Assembly (NCBI GenBank): GCA_965233865.1
Contig: OZ247587.1
Location: forward strand, 1,312,001-1,376,000
Direction of reading: 5' to 3'
DNA length: 64,000 nt
DNA from: Candidatus Neptunichlamydia sp.
GTDB taxonomy: Bacteria > Chlamydiota > Chlamydiia > Chlamydiales > Simkaniaceae
The translations under genes and the position numbers were made by a program. The notes below the pieces were generated by a model. That model had not been told where the DNA came from, searched no databases, and was given only the letters and a program-made list of their open reading frames with translations. Shown here in pieces: positions 29,920-39,021 of this stretch (position 1 is the first letter of the stretch; each line of letters begins with the position of its first letter).

Positions 29920-30511
29920 CAGCCTCTTGTCATCGTGCGGTTATCAGGCTGGTGATGATGCGGCCCTTTCTGCTTTCCCCACCATTTCTGTTCCCTATTT
30001 TAATGGGGACCAGAGTGGGGTGCTTACCGATATTGTTGTTAAATCTCTCAGCAGTTCTGGTGTTTTCAACTACGCTAATCGAGGAGGAGCACTCACCTTA
30101 GAGGGCAAGATTATCTCAGATAACTGCGAAAACATTGGGTATCAATATGATCGTCATCCTGTATCAGGAGAGAAGATCAACCGTCTTGTTCCCAATGAAG
30201 GGCGTAGAGAAGTAACAGTTGAGATCAACTTAATCGATACCCGTTCCCTTAAGACTCTTTACGGTCCATTTGTTGTTGCAGCATATAGCGATTACGACTT
30301 TGTTGATTCAGATTCTCTCCAAGATGCCTCGTTCATGAATGCAAAGGGGATTCGAGAATCGGTTCTCTTTTTCTCTCTTGGTCAGCTCGACTCGATCAAT
30401 GGAGCCAAAGCAGCCTCATTAGATCCGATTTACCACCGCCTTGCCACCAAAATCACCGAAGGGCTTTCCAATCTTTCCTATAATATTGAAGCGCTTATCG
30501 ATGTAGAGTAA
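29846..30511 (+). CDS. LptE-like lipoprotein (start uncertain)
   Basis: Lipobox LLSSCGY followed by TISVPYF; downstream of bamD as in Chlamydia. Confidence 0.7.
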   Translation: MMSPIFTRIKSPRKGRLLWIALLSSSLLSSCGYQAGDDAALSAFPTISVPYFNGDQSGVLTDIVVKSLSSSGVFNYANRGGALTLEGKIISDNCENIGYQYDRHPVSGEKINRLVPNEGRREVTVEINLIDTRSLKTLYGPFVVAAYSDYDFVDSDSLQDASFMNAKGIRESVLFFSLGQLDSINGAKAASLDPIYHRLATKITEGLSNLSYNIEALIDVE

Positions 30512-30545
30512 TACCATTTATCGAAAATAATTTGGTGAATGGTAT
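30511..30545. repeat. 35-bp palindromic repeat, copy 2
   Basis: ATACCATTTATCGAAAATAATTTGGTGAATGGTAT, 15-bp stem allowing G-U pairs. Confidence 0.75.
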
Positions 30546-30553
30546 AACATTTT

Positions 30554-30982
30554 ATGTATGATAAGCTCATGGAAGAGCAAAAATCATTTACTGCGACTCT
30601 GAATGACCTATATGCAATGCTTGGGTGGATCCGCGAGAAACTTGAGCAAACTGGCCTATCAGACGTTGAGGTGAGGCGGATTGAAATTGCACTGGAAGAA
30701 GGGCTTGTGAATGTGATTTCCTATGCGTATCAATGGAAAAAGGGGACGATTGAGCTTTCCATCCAGTTTAAAGAGGGAAAATATGTAGAAATTACGATCG
30801 AAGATTCGGGGCTGCCCTTCAATCCGTTAAAACATAAGAGAAAAGACGATCTTTTTATGCCTATTGAAGAGTTGGAAGAAGGAGGATTGGGTATTTTGTT
30901 CATGCAAAGGCTTATGGATAAAATAGAGTACCAAAGGGTCAAGAAAAAAAACCAGCTTATTATGCGGAAAAATCTACCTTAA
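30554..30982 (+). CDS. rsbW: Anti-sigma factor Ser/Thr kinase
   Basis: EEGLVNVISYAY, IEDSGLPFNP, GGLGILF HATPase_c motifs. Confidence 0.9.
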   Translation: MYDKLMEEQKSFTATLNDLYAMLGWIREKLEQTGLSDVEVRRIEIALEEGLVNVISYAYQWKKGTIELSIQFKEGKYVEITIEDSGLPFNPLKHKRKDDLFMPIEELEEGGLGILFMQRLMDKIEYQRVKKKNQLIMRKNLP

Positions 30983-30995
30983 AAACCTTCTTGAG

Positions 30996-32615
30996 GTGTA
31001 TGATTATAATTTAATTTGGAGGTTTCTCTTGAGAGTCTTGGCTACTTTTCTTTTGTTGTTTTTTTCGTTTGGATGCAGTAAAAATGCCACCTGTAAGAAA
31101 GGTAATCGCCCGCTTAAGATTTGTTTTAGTGAAGAGATGCGCGTTCTGGATCCTCGACTTGGAGGAGATGAACCGACTACTCATGTCATTCGAATGCTTT
31201 TTGATGGGCTTATGAGACGAAATGCAGAAGGGAAAGTGGTTCCTGCTATTGCTGAAAGTTATAATGTTTTTGAGAATAGTACTGTTTATATCTTCCATTT
31301 AAGAAAAGCTCTCTGGAGCGATGGCCATCCTGTAACTGCACATGATTTTGAATATGCTTGGAAAAAGTCGCTTGATCCAAAAACTCTCAGCCACGGGGCT
31401 CAAAATTTTTATATGATCAAGAATGCTAAGGAATCCGTAGAGGGACTAGTTCCTCCCAATGAAATTGGGGTTTTGGCTCTTGATGATCTTACGTTAAGAG
31501 TCGAACTAGCTTGCCCTGTGCCGTACTTTGTGGATGCTTTGCTCTGTACCATGTTTTCTCCAATTCCAAAACATGTTGCTCTAGAGGATCCAATGTGGGC
31601 TTTTCGCACGGATGAATCCTTCGTTTCAAATGGGCCTTTTCGCTTAAAAAAATGGCACCATGGAAATGATATTATACTAGAAAAAAATCGACTGTATTGG
31701 GATCAAGAAAGTGTATTGATTCCCGGAATTGAGGCTTGCTTTGTTGAAGAGGGGGCGACGCAGCTGTATCTCTTTGAGAAGAAAGAGACAGACTGGTTTG
31801 GAAGCGCAATTAATAAGGCTTCTCCAGAAATATATAAGAGTATCCAAAAGACTCCTTGCTACGAAACCGTGGAAAGCCCCACGATGTTCTGGTATTTCAT
31901 TAACACGGAGAGATTCCCTTTTAATCATGCAAAGATTCGTAAGGCATTCTCTTATGCTCTTGATCGAAAAGGTATTGTGGCAGCTGCGTTTGAGGGAGTT
32001 GGGCAACCAGCATTTGGAATCATATCCCCCTGCTTTGAACTTCAGAACCCTCCTCAGTTCGAAGATCAAGACGTTCCTTTAGCTCGAAAGCTTTTTGCTG
32101 AAGCTTTAGATGAGATGGGCTTAACAACTGAAACGTTTCCTGTTGTAAGCCTCAAATATGTTGCAGGAGCTGAAAACTTAAGCCGTACTGTTCAAATTAC
32201 GCAACAAAATTGGCAAGAAGCATTCGGTATTAAAGTCGAGCTTCAGCAGGCCGATTGGCCCTGCCATTTCTCTGCCATTCAAAAAGGAGATTATCAAATA
32301 GGGGTAATGCGTTGGCTTTCTTATTTGTTTGATCCAATCTATATGCTAAAAACGTTCCAATATAAACATGATCTTGTCAATATGAGTAATTGGGAGGATA
32401 AGAACTATCAGACTCTTCTTAAAAAGTCCAATTTTCAAGCGAATCCAAAGGAAAGGAATGCAACATTAGTCGAAGCTGAAAGAGCTCTTATGGATGAGAT
32501 GCCTCTCATCCCTATATGTTTTCTCAATATCCAGTTTACAAAATCGGAGGAGCTTGCTGGTGTGATGATACCTCCGTCGGGTGAAATCGATTTTAAGTAT
32601 GTTACCTTCCAATAG
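30996..32615 (+). CDS. Oligopeptide ABC substrate-binding lipoprotein (OppA-like), stand-alone
   Basis: Lipobox FSFGC; LDPR, LFDGL, WSDGHPVTAHDFEYAW, SNGPF. Confidence 0.9.
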   Translation: MYDYNLIWRFLLRVLATFLLLFFSFGCSKNATCKKGNRPLKICFSEEMRVLDPRLGGDEPTTHVIRMLFDGLMRRNAEGKVVPAIAESYNVFENSTVYIFHLRKALWSDGHPVTAHDFEYAWKKSLDPKTLSHGAQNFYMIKNAKESVEGLVPPNEIGVLALDDLTLRVELACPVPYFVDALLCTMFSPIPKHVALEDPMWAFRTDESFVSNGPFRLKKWHHGNDIILEKNRLYWDQESVLIPGIEACFVEEGATQLYLFEKKETDWFGSAINKASPEIYKSIQKTPCYETVESPTMFWYFINTERFPFNHAKIRKAFSYALDRKGIVAAAFEGVGQPAFGIISPCFELQNPPQFEDQDVPLARKLFAEALDEMGLTTETFPVVSLKYVAGAENLSRTVQITQQNWQEAFGIKVELQQADWPCHFSAIQKGDYQIGVMRWLSYLFDPIYMLKTFQYKHDLVNMSNWEDKNYQTLLKKSNFQANPKERNATLVEAERALMDEMPLIPICFLNIQFTKSEELAGVMIPPSGEIDFKYVTFQ

Positions 32616-33027
32616 AGGAAATAGCTTCTTCTGTGTCGATCACTTCTGACAAATAATACTTCAATAATTTTAATATAAACTTGGGAGTATTATAGACGCC
32701 TTTAGTTGAGAACACAATTTCAAGGTGTGGTCTGCTATTTGTGATTAGAGAAATTATCACAATAGTTGTGGGGTTTTCATCAACAATTTTAGGGACGATC
32801 CAAATTGCAAATTGATGATTGAAAAGTGTGACTTTATCGGGTGTTTCAATCACATGAAAATAGTGAGGGAGTTGCTCTTGGTTATTATCTTCTTCAAACG
32901 AGACATTAGTTAATAGACCCGTTTCTTCCAATAGCGACATGTCCACTTCAATAATACCTTCAGGAATCCATCTTGATAGGCTCGAAACAAACTCATTATA
33001 GGCTTGGTCTAGTTGTATGGGGTTCAT
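32602..33027 (-). CDS. Conserved chlamydial hypothetical protein
   Basis: 141-aa ORF with RBS, located between rsbW region and dacC as in Chlamydia. Confidence 0.8.
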   Translation of the reverse strand: MNPIQLDQAYNEFVSSLSRWIPEGIIEVDMSLLEETGLLTNVSFEEDNNQEQLPHYFHVIETPDKVTLFNHQFAIWIVPKIVDENPTTIVIISLITNSRPHLEIVFSTKGVYNTPKFILKLLKYYLSEVIDTEEAISSIGR

Positions 33028-33217
33028 TGATACTGCCCGTTAGCTCCTTTGTTACCACTCTCTTTTTTTTCATAGTGATGCGCATGTTTTTTTTAAAGAA
33101 TTGTTTCATTTATTAATTTTATTTAACTTTAAAGGTGCTAATTTTGAATTATTTAGATGATTAATGTTTCTTGAAAATTCATAATTTGTTACAAAGGATA
33201 GAAAATAAGGAATTCAA

Positions 33218-34495
33218 ATGCGGATCATTATTCTCCTTCTTTTCACGACAGCGCTTGCAGCAGAACCTCTAAATGTGAAAGTTTCTGCAAAATCAGCAAT
33301 CTTGATGAACGCTGAAACAGGTGCGATTCTTTATGAGAAAAAGGCAGATGAAAGAGCCTATCCCGCAAGCTTGACGAAGATTGCTACGGTCCTGTATGCA
33401 CTAAAACAGAATAAAAAAGATCTCGAAGAAATCGTTTCTTGTCCGCAACATTGTCTACGGCGGATGAACAAAAGTGTTAAAATTGCGCATAGCTATAAAG
33501 ATCCAGCCTATTTGTTGGAACCGGATGGAACGCATTTTTGGCTCAAGAAAGGCGAAGAAATACCCTTTCTAGATCTTCTCTATGGCACCTTACTTTCATC
33601 CGGAAATGATGCTTCAAACACCGTAGCAAACTATATTGGAGGAACGATTCCAAAATTCATGAATGGGATGAATACATTTCTAAAAGAGCTAGGATGTGAA
33701 GATACCCAGTTTATGAATCCCCATGGGTTGCATCATCCAAGTCATTGGTCAACAGCACGAGACATTGCGATTATTACAAAACATGCCCTTAAAGAAGATT
33801 TGATAAAGACAATTGCATCAACAAAGGAATATGAGCGGAGTCAAACAAATCTTCAAACAACAAAGAAAGTCACAAATCATGATCTACTGATCCTTCCAGG
33901 AAAGTTCTTTTACGCGCGTGCAATTGGAATGAAAACGGGATACCACTCTGATGCAGGCTATACCTATGCAAGTGTAGCTAGGGATGGAGATAGGACGTTA
34001 ATCACTGTTCTTTTAGGATGCGATGATCCTCATAAACGGTTTCGGGATGCGATTAGACTTTTTGAAGCTGCTTTTGATGAAGAAAAAGAAGAGCGCTTAT
34101 TATTTCGAAAAGAAGAAAATACCTTTAGCCGCGATTTAAAGGGAGCTAGGCAGGCCATGAAAGCAACCCTTACAGAGAATATTTTAATTTCCTATTTCCC
34201 TTCAGAAGAGCCTGATGTTACCATTGAATTGAACTGGGAACACATCAATCTTCCCATAAAACAGGGCAATTGTGTTGGAGCGATCAAAATTTTTAATCAG
34301 CAAGGACGAGAACTTTCAAGCTCTCCACTAGTTGCAACGATTGATGTTGAGCGTTCTCTTCCAGCTCTAATCAGTGCTGCCGCTCGGGGAGAGTGGACCT
34401 GTCCCTTAGAGTTCCAAAAACTTCTGATTCTTTTTTTAGGAATTGGGGTTATGGTAACTTTATTCGGACTCAGTCGGATTCAAAGCAAAGAATAG
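33218..34495 (+). CDS. dacC: D-alanyl-D-alanine carboxypeptidase (S11)
   Basis: SxxK (ASLTK), SGN, NPHGL, KTG motifs; signal peptide and C-terminal TM. Confidence 0.93.
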   Translation: MRIIILLLFTTALAAEPLNVKVSAKSAILMNAETGAILYEKKADERAYPASLTKIATVLYALKQNKKDLEEIVSCPQHCLRRMNKSVKIAHSYKDPAYLLEPDGTHFWLKKGEEIPFLDLLYGTLLSSGNDASNTVANYIGGTIPKFMNGMNTFLKELGCEDTQFMNPHGLHHPSHWSTARDIAIITKHALKEDLIKTIASTKEYERSQTNLQTTKKVTNHDLLILPGKFFYARAIGMKTGYHSDAGYTYASVARDGDRTLITVLLGCDDPHKRFRDAIRLFEAAFDEEKEERLLFRKEENTFSRDLKGARQAMKATLTENILISYFPSEEPDVTIELNWEHINLPIKQGNCVGAIKIFNQQGRELSSSPLVATIDVERSLPALISAAARGEWTCPLEFQKLLILFLGIGVMVTLFGLSRIQSKE

Positions 34496-35296
34496 AGATG
34501 AAAATTCCTCTAACCCTAATTCTTGGGGGCGCGTTGTTTTTGGAAGACCTAAAGATTCTAAAGCAGTTTCCACTTGATTTGATGGAAAAAGGGTTTTAAG
34601 GGAAGCACGCAGCATTTTCCGCCTTTGCTGAAAAGCCATTCGGATCAACTGAAAGAATGGATTGTATGGAGCCTTCACCGGTGGGGGATTCAACTTTAGC
34701 TCTAAGACCGCAGAGTCTACTTTTGGAGGAGGGTAAAAACAGGAGCGCGCAACGGTAAATAAGAGTTTTGGGTCTGCGTGGTATCTTGTAAAAAGAGAAA
34801 ATGAACTGTAGTCTTTTGACCCTTTCTCAGCAACGCACCTCTCTGCTACTTCCCTTTGAACCATTAAATGGACCGATTCAATCAGATGCGTTTTTGGTAA
34901 AAGCTTTTGAAGGATGATCCCAGTAATATTATAGGGGATGTTAGCAATGATTTTGACTTTCCCCCTGTCCTTCAAAAGAGAGTCTATTTGAACGTTTCTG
35001 AAATCGTCGATTAAGATTTCTAGCCTCCCGTTTTGCAAACGCTTTAAGTGCTTAGCAAGTTTCTCATCTTTTTCGATGACAATCACATGAGCTCTTGAAT
35101 CTAGAAGCGCTTCTGTAAGGACTCCAGGACCAGGACCGATCTCTAGAACTGTATCTTCATTTTTAAGCTGTGCAGCTGAAATCAACTTACGCAAGATATT
35201 GCCGTCGATAAGAAAGTTCTGAGAAAGTCCTTTTTTAGGCTCGATTCCTATCTCTTGTAAAAACTGGCGAAGTTCTGAAGGTTTATATAATGACAA
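34460..35296 (-). CDS. rsmA: 16S rRNA adenine dimethyltransferase
   Basis: SQNFL, EIGPGPG, ANIPY, PPPKVDS, QRRKML; TTG start with GAGGA RBS. Confidence 0.96.
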   Translation of the reverse strand: MSLYKPSELRQFLQEIGIEPKKGLSQNFLIDGNILRKLISAAQLKNEDTVLEIGPGPGVLTEALLDSRAHVIVIEKDEKLAKHLKRLQNGRLEILIDDFRNVQIDSLLKDRGKVKIIANIPYNITGIILQKLLPKTHLIESVHLMVQREVAERCVAEKGSKDYSSFSLFTRYHADPKLLFTVARSCFYPPPKVDSAVLELKLNPPPVKAPYNPFFQLIRMAFQQRRKMLRASLKTLFPSNQVETALESLGLPKTTRPQELGLEEFSSLFFALNPTESE

Positions 35297-36350
35297 AGGG
35301 GCGATAATCCTCAGGAAGTTCAAACTTCGGATCATCCATCTCATATCCAAAGCGGACTTTCAAAGCTTTGATATAGGACGTTTTTTCCTTATCTGACATT
35401 TCGAAAAGAAGCTCATTTTTCAATTTGTCGTGCATCTCATCGAAACCTTCTGGAAGGTTTCTAACCATATCCTTCAAATAAAAAATTCTGACCACATTAC
35501 TATTATCGAAACGGCTAACCTGACTTACTGGTGGGCTATAGGTATCAGGGGTAAGGGCTTTAATCACATCAAAATGCAGTTTTGAGATTTGGGGGGTTGC
35601 ACCTGAATAATTATCAGAAACACTAACGGAAATCCCTTCTCCATCAAGTTCTTCAACAACAGACTCTAGTGATCGGCTATGATCTTCTAAAAGGGTGTAG
35701 GCGTTCTTTGCTATCGTTTCGCAGATTTCCTTATCCTTTCCTCTAATTGATAGGACTTGATATTTCCATTCGTCTTCTGGGGGATTTCTTTCTAGGTAGT
35801 CGTCATAAGCTGCTTTGATGACTTGAGGAGTAATAACTTGAAAAGTTTTTGCATGGACCTTCATTCCAATTAGCTGTTGAGTAGTCAGTTCATTCCGAAT
35901 AATCTCACGTGCTTCTTCATACTGAAGATTAACCTTATCAAGGTTGGACATGATGTTAGGTCCAAAGCGTTCTTCTAAACCCTCTCGCACTTCGCCATCG
36001 CTAACTTTGATTTCTTTTTGTTCCGCATCTAGAAGAACCAACTCGTCTGCAACCATATCGTCAAGAGTAGCTTGCCAACGGGACATATAAAACTGGTATT
36101 TTTCTGGTGTAGAAGGAGTGTAGTCGGGGTAATAGTCGTAGAGAAAAAGATCCATCCGTTTGACAACATCATAAAGAGAAATAACTTTTCTATTGATCTT
36201 TGCTAGGGGGCGATTGTTGATCATTAGGCGTGGTTCTTTAGAAGCAGCACTTGTCTGATCGATAAATGAAGGAGCATCAATTGCCATTTCCGCACAAAGG
36301 GGAGAGAGAAGAGTTATAGAGAAAAAAATTAAACCGTAAGCTATTCGCAT
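35283..36350 (-). CDS. SurA/parvulin-like periplasmic chaperone
   Basis: Signal peptide, LAKINRKVISLYDV, LDDMVADELVLLDAEQKEIKVSDGEV SurA N-domain pattern. Confidence 0.7.
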   Translation of the reverse strand: MRIAYGLIFFSITLLSPLCAEMAIDAPSFIDQTSAASKEPRLMINNRPLAKINRKVISLYDVVKRMDLFLYDYYPDYTPSTPEKYQFYMSRWQATLDDMVADELVLLDAEQKEIKVSDGEVREGLEERFGPNIMSNLDKVNLQYEEAREIIRNELTTQQLIGMKVHAKTFQVITPQVIKAAYDDYLERNPPEDEWKYQVLSIRGKDKEICETIAKNAYTLLEDHSRSLESVVEELDGEGISVSVSDNYSGATPQISKLHFDVIKALTPDTYSPPVSQVSRFDNSNVVRIFYLKDMVRNLPEGFDEMHDKLKNELLFEMSDKEKTSYIKALKVRFGYEMDDPKFELPEDYRPFVII

Positions 36351-36364
36351 CTTAATCCTTGGAA

Positions 36365-37501
36365 TTATCTCTGCATTCTACTCAAAACCGCACAAAAAAA
36401 GCCATCCATCTCTCCATCTTTTGGAAAACTTTGGAATAATGGGCCCTCAAGTTTGAGATGATAGTTCTTCATAAAATGCTCAATTTGTCTTTCATTCTCC
36501 TCAGGAAGAATGCTGCATGTTGCATAAACGATCTTTCCATTCGGGCGCAAAAATTTCAAGGATTGATGAAAGATTTTTTGTTGCTCATCAACAAGTCGGA
36601 GCGTTGTTTCAGGTTTTAACTTCCATTTCATGTCTGGATTTCTACGGAGAGTTCCCGTTCCAGAGCAAGGAACATCGAGGAGGATCCAATCCATTTTTTC
36701 TAGCATGCCTTTTTTCTTTAGCTTTTGTTCATCTAGGATTTGTGCATTTTGGATGCCTGCCCGTTTCAGCCGTTTTTTTGCCTCTATGAGAGCGCGAGGA
36801 CGGATGTCATACAGATAAATTTGTCCTTTGTTCCCCATTTTTGGGGCAAAAGCTAACGTTTTTCCTCCCGAGCCAGCGCAATAATCGAGAATATGATCAT
36901 TTGGAGACACATTCAGGTGAGCAGCCACCAGTTGACTTCCCTCATCTTGGATTTCAAAGAGTCCCGCTTTAAACTCAGGAAGGGCAAAGAAATTGATTTT
37001 CTTATGGAAAATGATCCCTGCCTCAGAGTGTTTACACAGCGAGACGTCATATTCAGCTTCCCATTTATGAAATAAGTCTTCTCTGGACCCTTTAAGCAAG
37101 TTGACTCGTACCATTGTTGGCGCTTGCTTATTGGAGTTTAAACAAAATATTCGTGCTTTTGCGTCTCCGTAAGTTTCGACAAGATGGTCATAGAAAAACT
37201 TTGGAAAACTCACTTGAATATGGGGTGGAAGGTTTTCGATATTCTTTACTGGAAATTGCAAAAAAGCCTCTAGGCGATCTTCCCATGAGATAGGTTTCGA
37301 GCACTGAGCATCGACAAGTCCTCGCCAACGGACAATTCCATAGAGATTTTCGCAAATCTCCTGACGATCCTTTGAACCAACGCTCTTATTTGCCCGAAAA
37401 TAATCGCGTAAAAAAGCATCCAGAGGGAGGGTGGAATTTCCCCCGTCTTCTAATATTTTTAATAAATGGTGCTTTCGAAATAGCTTCATCCCCAGAAGCA
37501 T
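36365..37501 (-). CDS. rsmB: RsmB/NOP2 family RNA m5C methyltransferase (Fmu/Sun)
   Basis: EIQDEGSQ, DYCAGSGGK, DVPCSGTG, YATCS. Confidence 0.88.
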   Translation of the reverse strand: MLLGMKLFRKHHLLKILEDGGNSTLPLDAFLRDYFRANKSVGSKDRQEICENLYGIVRWRGLVDAQCSKPISWEDRLEAFLQFPVKNIENLPPHIQVSFPKFFYDHLVETYGDAKARIFCLNSNKQAPTMVRVNLLKGSREDLFHKWEAEYDVSLCKHSEAGIIFHKKINFFALPEFKAGLFEIQDEGSQLVAAHLNVSPNDHILDYCAGSGGKTLAFAPKMGNKGQIYLYDIRPRALIEAKKRLKRAGIQNAQILDEQKLKKKGMLEKMDWILLDVPCSGTGTLRRNPDMKWKLKPETTLRLVDEQQKIFHQSLKFLRPNGKIVYATCSILPEENERQIEHFMKNYHLKLEGPLFQSFPKDGEMDGFFCAVLSRMQR

Positions 37502-37951
37502 AACATAACGCTCTCTTTCTTGGCTAAAAGGGAGTTGAGAGTGTGCATTTATAAAGAACCCGTATTAAATTCTTAAATCATTTGTTATCAAATATATATC
37601 GGTGTCTTTTAAAAAAATCAGAATCTCTGCCTGAGCTAGTAATATTACCAAAGGATCAAAACATGATGTGCGTTAACACAGCCTAAATTTTTTTCCGAGT
37701 ACCAGAACACCTTTTTATCGGATTTGGTCAACTGTTTTTTTATAAAGGAGACAGAATAAGAAAAATTCCCTTCCCCAACAAACAGCCTACTCTTACTGGT
37801 CTCTCCATTTTTATGGTGAGAACAAGGATTGTTGAAGCCCCTAACTTCCATCATAACATTTTATTAATCAATTTCTTAACAGTCATCTTATAAAAAGAAA
37901 AGCATTAAGGATGCTCCTAAAAATTTCAAGGAAAATCTAGGCTTTTTCAGC

Positions 37952-37968
37952 GGTTCTGGTGCAAACTT
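37952..37968. mobile_element. IS6-family terminal inverted repeat remnant
   Basis: GGTTCTGGTGCAAACTT, 15/17 to the IS257/IS1216-type IR GGTTCTGTTGCAAAGTT (recalled). Confidence 0.55.
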
Positions 37969-38004
37969 CTTCTTGAAGAAGTTCCTGCTGCTTAAAAAAC
38001 ATAA

Positions 38005-38691
38005 TTATTTTTTTCTAGCCTTTAAAACTCCAGATAGTTTCTTTTGAAGCCTAGCTTTATCTATATCGTTTTTAGCTTCACATGGAGAAAGAGGACCATA
38101 TTTTTTCAGAATTTTTTTAGTGCCATCTCTTCTCTTCTTGGAAGGGGGTTTTGTGTGCGCTGTATATTTATTTGAGAGGCCTCCTCTCTTTATGGAGTTG
38201 CTTCCCAGCACGGGCTCTCTATCAATTCGGAAATCTACAGATTTTTTTGACTGATCCATCCATGGAGAATTTGCTTCTCTTTTTGGATTAATTAGTTCGA
38301 AGCCAAAGAACGAAGCAACAGTATTATAAATTCTCTGAAAAAAAGTAAGATTTTTATAACTATATGTTAAGTTTGTTTTTTTAAGAGGGATTTCAGTAGA
38401 TTGTATCCAATTAGATACCCGATCTTTAAGGGATTCTGTATTTACAAGAGTTTTTTCTTTGAGAGAAAATAACTGCATAACGCCTTTTTGATCAGGTGAA
38501 TCATAGCTTGACAAAGTAGATACCCTGGAAGCAGTTGCACTTAAAGAAGAGTTTTCGATTTCAGAGCTCGAATATGTTACTAAATCCATTTTACTATACT
38601 TATTATCAAGATCTTTTAAGTTTTGATAAGAAGGCGGCTTGACCGCATTTGCTTGTCCTAAAGTAGAGCTTAAATTTTTAATTCCGCACAT
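38005..38691 (-). CDS. Orphan Ser/Lys-rich protein, candidate effector
   Basis: 228-aa ORF in AT-rich context, GAGG RBS and TGnTATAAT upstream, basic PSKKRR motif. Confidence 0.65.
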   Translation of the reverse strand: MCGIKNLSSTLGQANAVKPPSYQNLKDLDNKYSKMDLVTYSSSEIENSSLSATASRVSTLSSYDSPDQKGVMQLFSLKEKTLVNTESLKDRVSNWIQSTEIPLKKTNLTYSYKNLTFFQRIYNTVASFFGFELINPKREANSPWMDQSKKSVDFRIDREPVLGSNSIKRGGLSNKYTAHTKPPSKKRRDGTKKILKKYGPLSPCEAKNDIDKARLQKKLSGVLKARKK

Positions 38692-38970
38692 TTTAAAAAC
38701 CTCATTATAATAATATTTATTATAACATAATCTATATTAAAAATCTTTTTATTTTATTTAAAACATAAAATGTTAATTATAAAATAGATATGCATTCGAT
38801 ATAGTTATATGAGATCAAAACTTTGGAAGGGGCTTATCTACTGAATTTCAGCAAGCTATTGATAATGAAGTGGAAGGCTTCACAAGCGCGATCTTATTAA
38901 TTATTAAATAAGTCTATTTATGTTAAGATTCAATTAATGAGTATTGTAACTTAGATCAGGACCTATTTTG

Positions 38971-38984
38971 GGTTCTGTTGCAAA
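38971..38984. mobile_element. IS6-family terminal inverted repeat remnant
   Basis: GGTTCTGTTGCAAA, 14/14 to the IS257/IS1216-type IR (recalled). Confidence 0.6.
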
Positions 38985-39021
38985 AACCTTGGTTCTCGAA
39001 TAGGAGACTTCATTTTTCTTC

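Noticed and set aside
37645..37854. 69-aa ORF downstream of the orphan gene
   Set aside because: Short, no motif; could be a decayed gene but unsupported
38810..38911. Fragment DQNFGRGLSTEFQQAI resembling a GNAT motif A
   Set aside because: Too short to distinguish from chance
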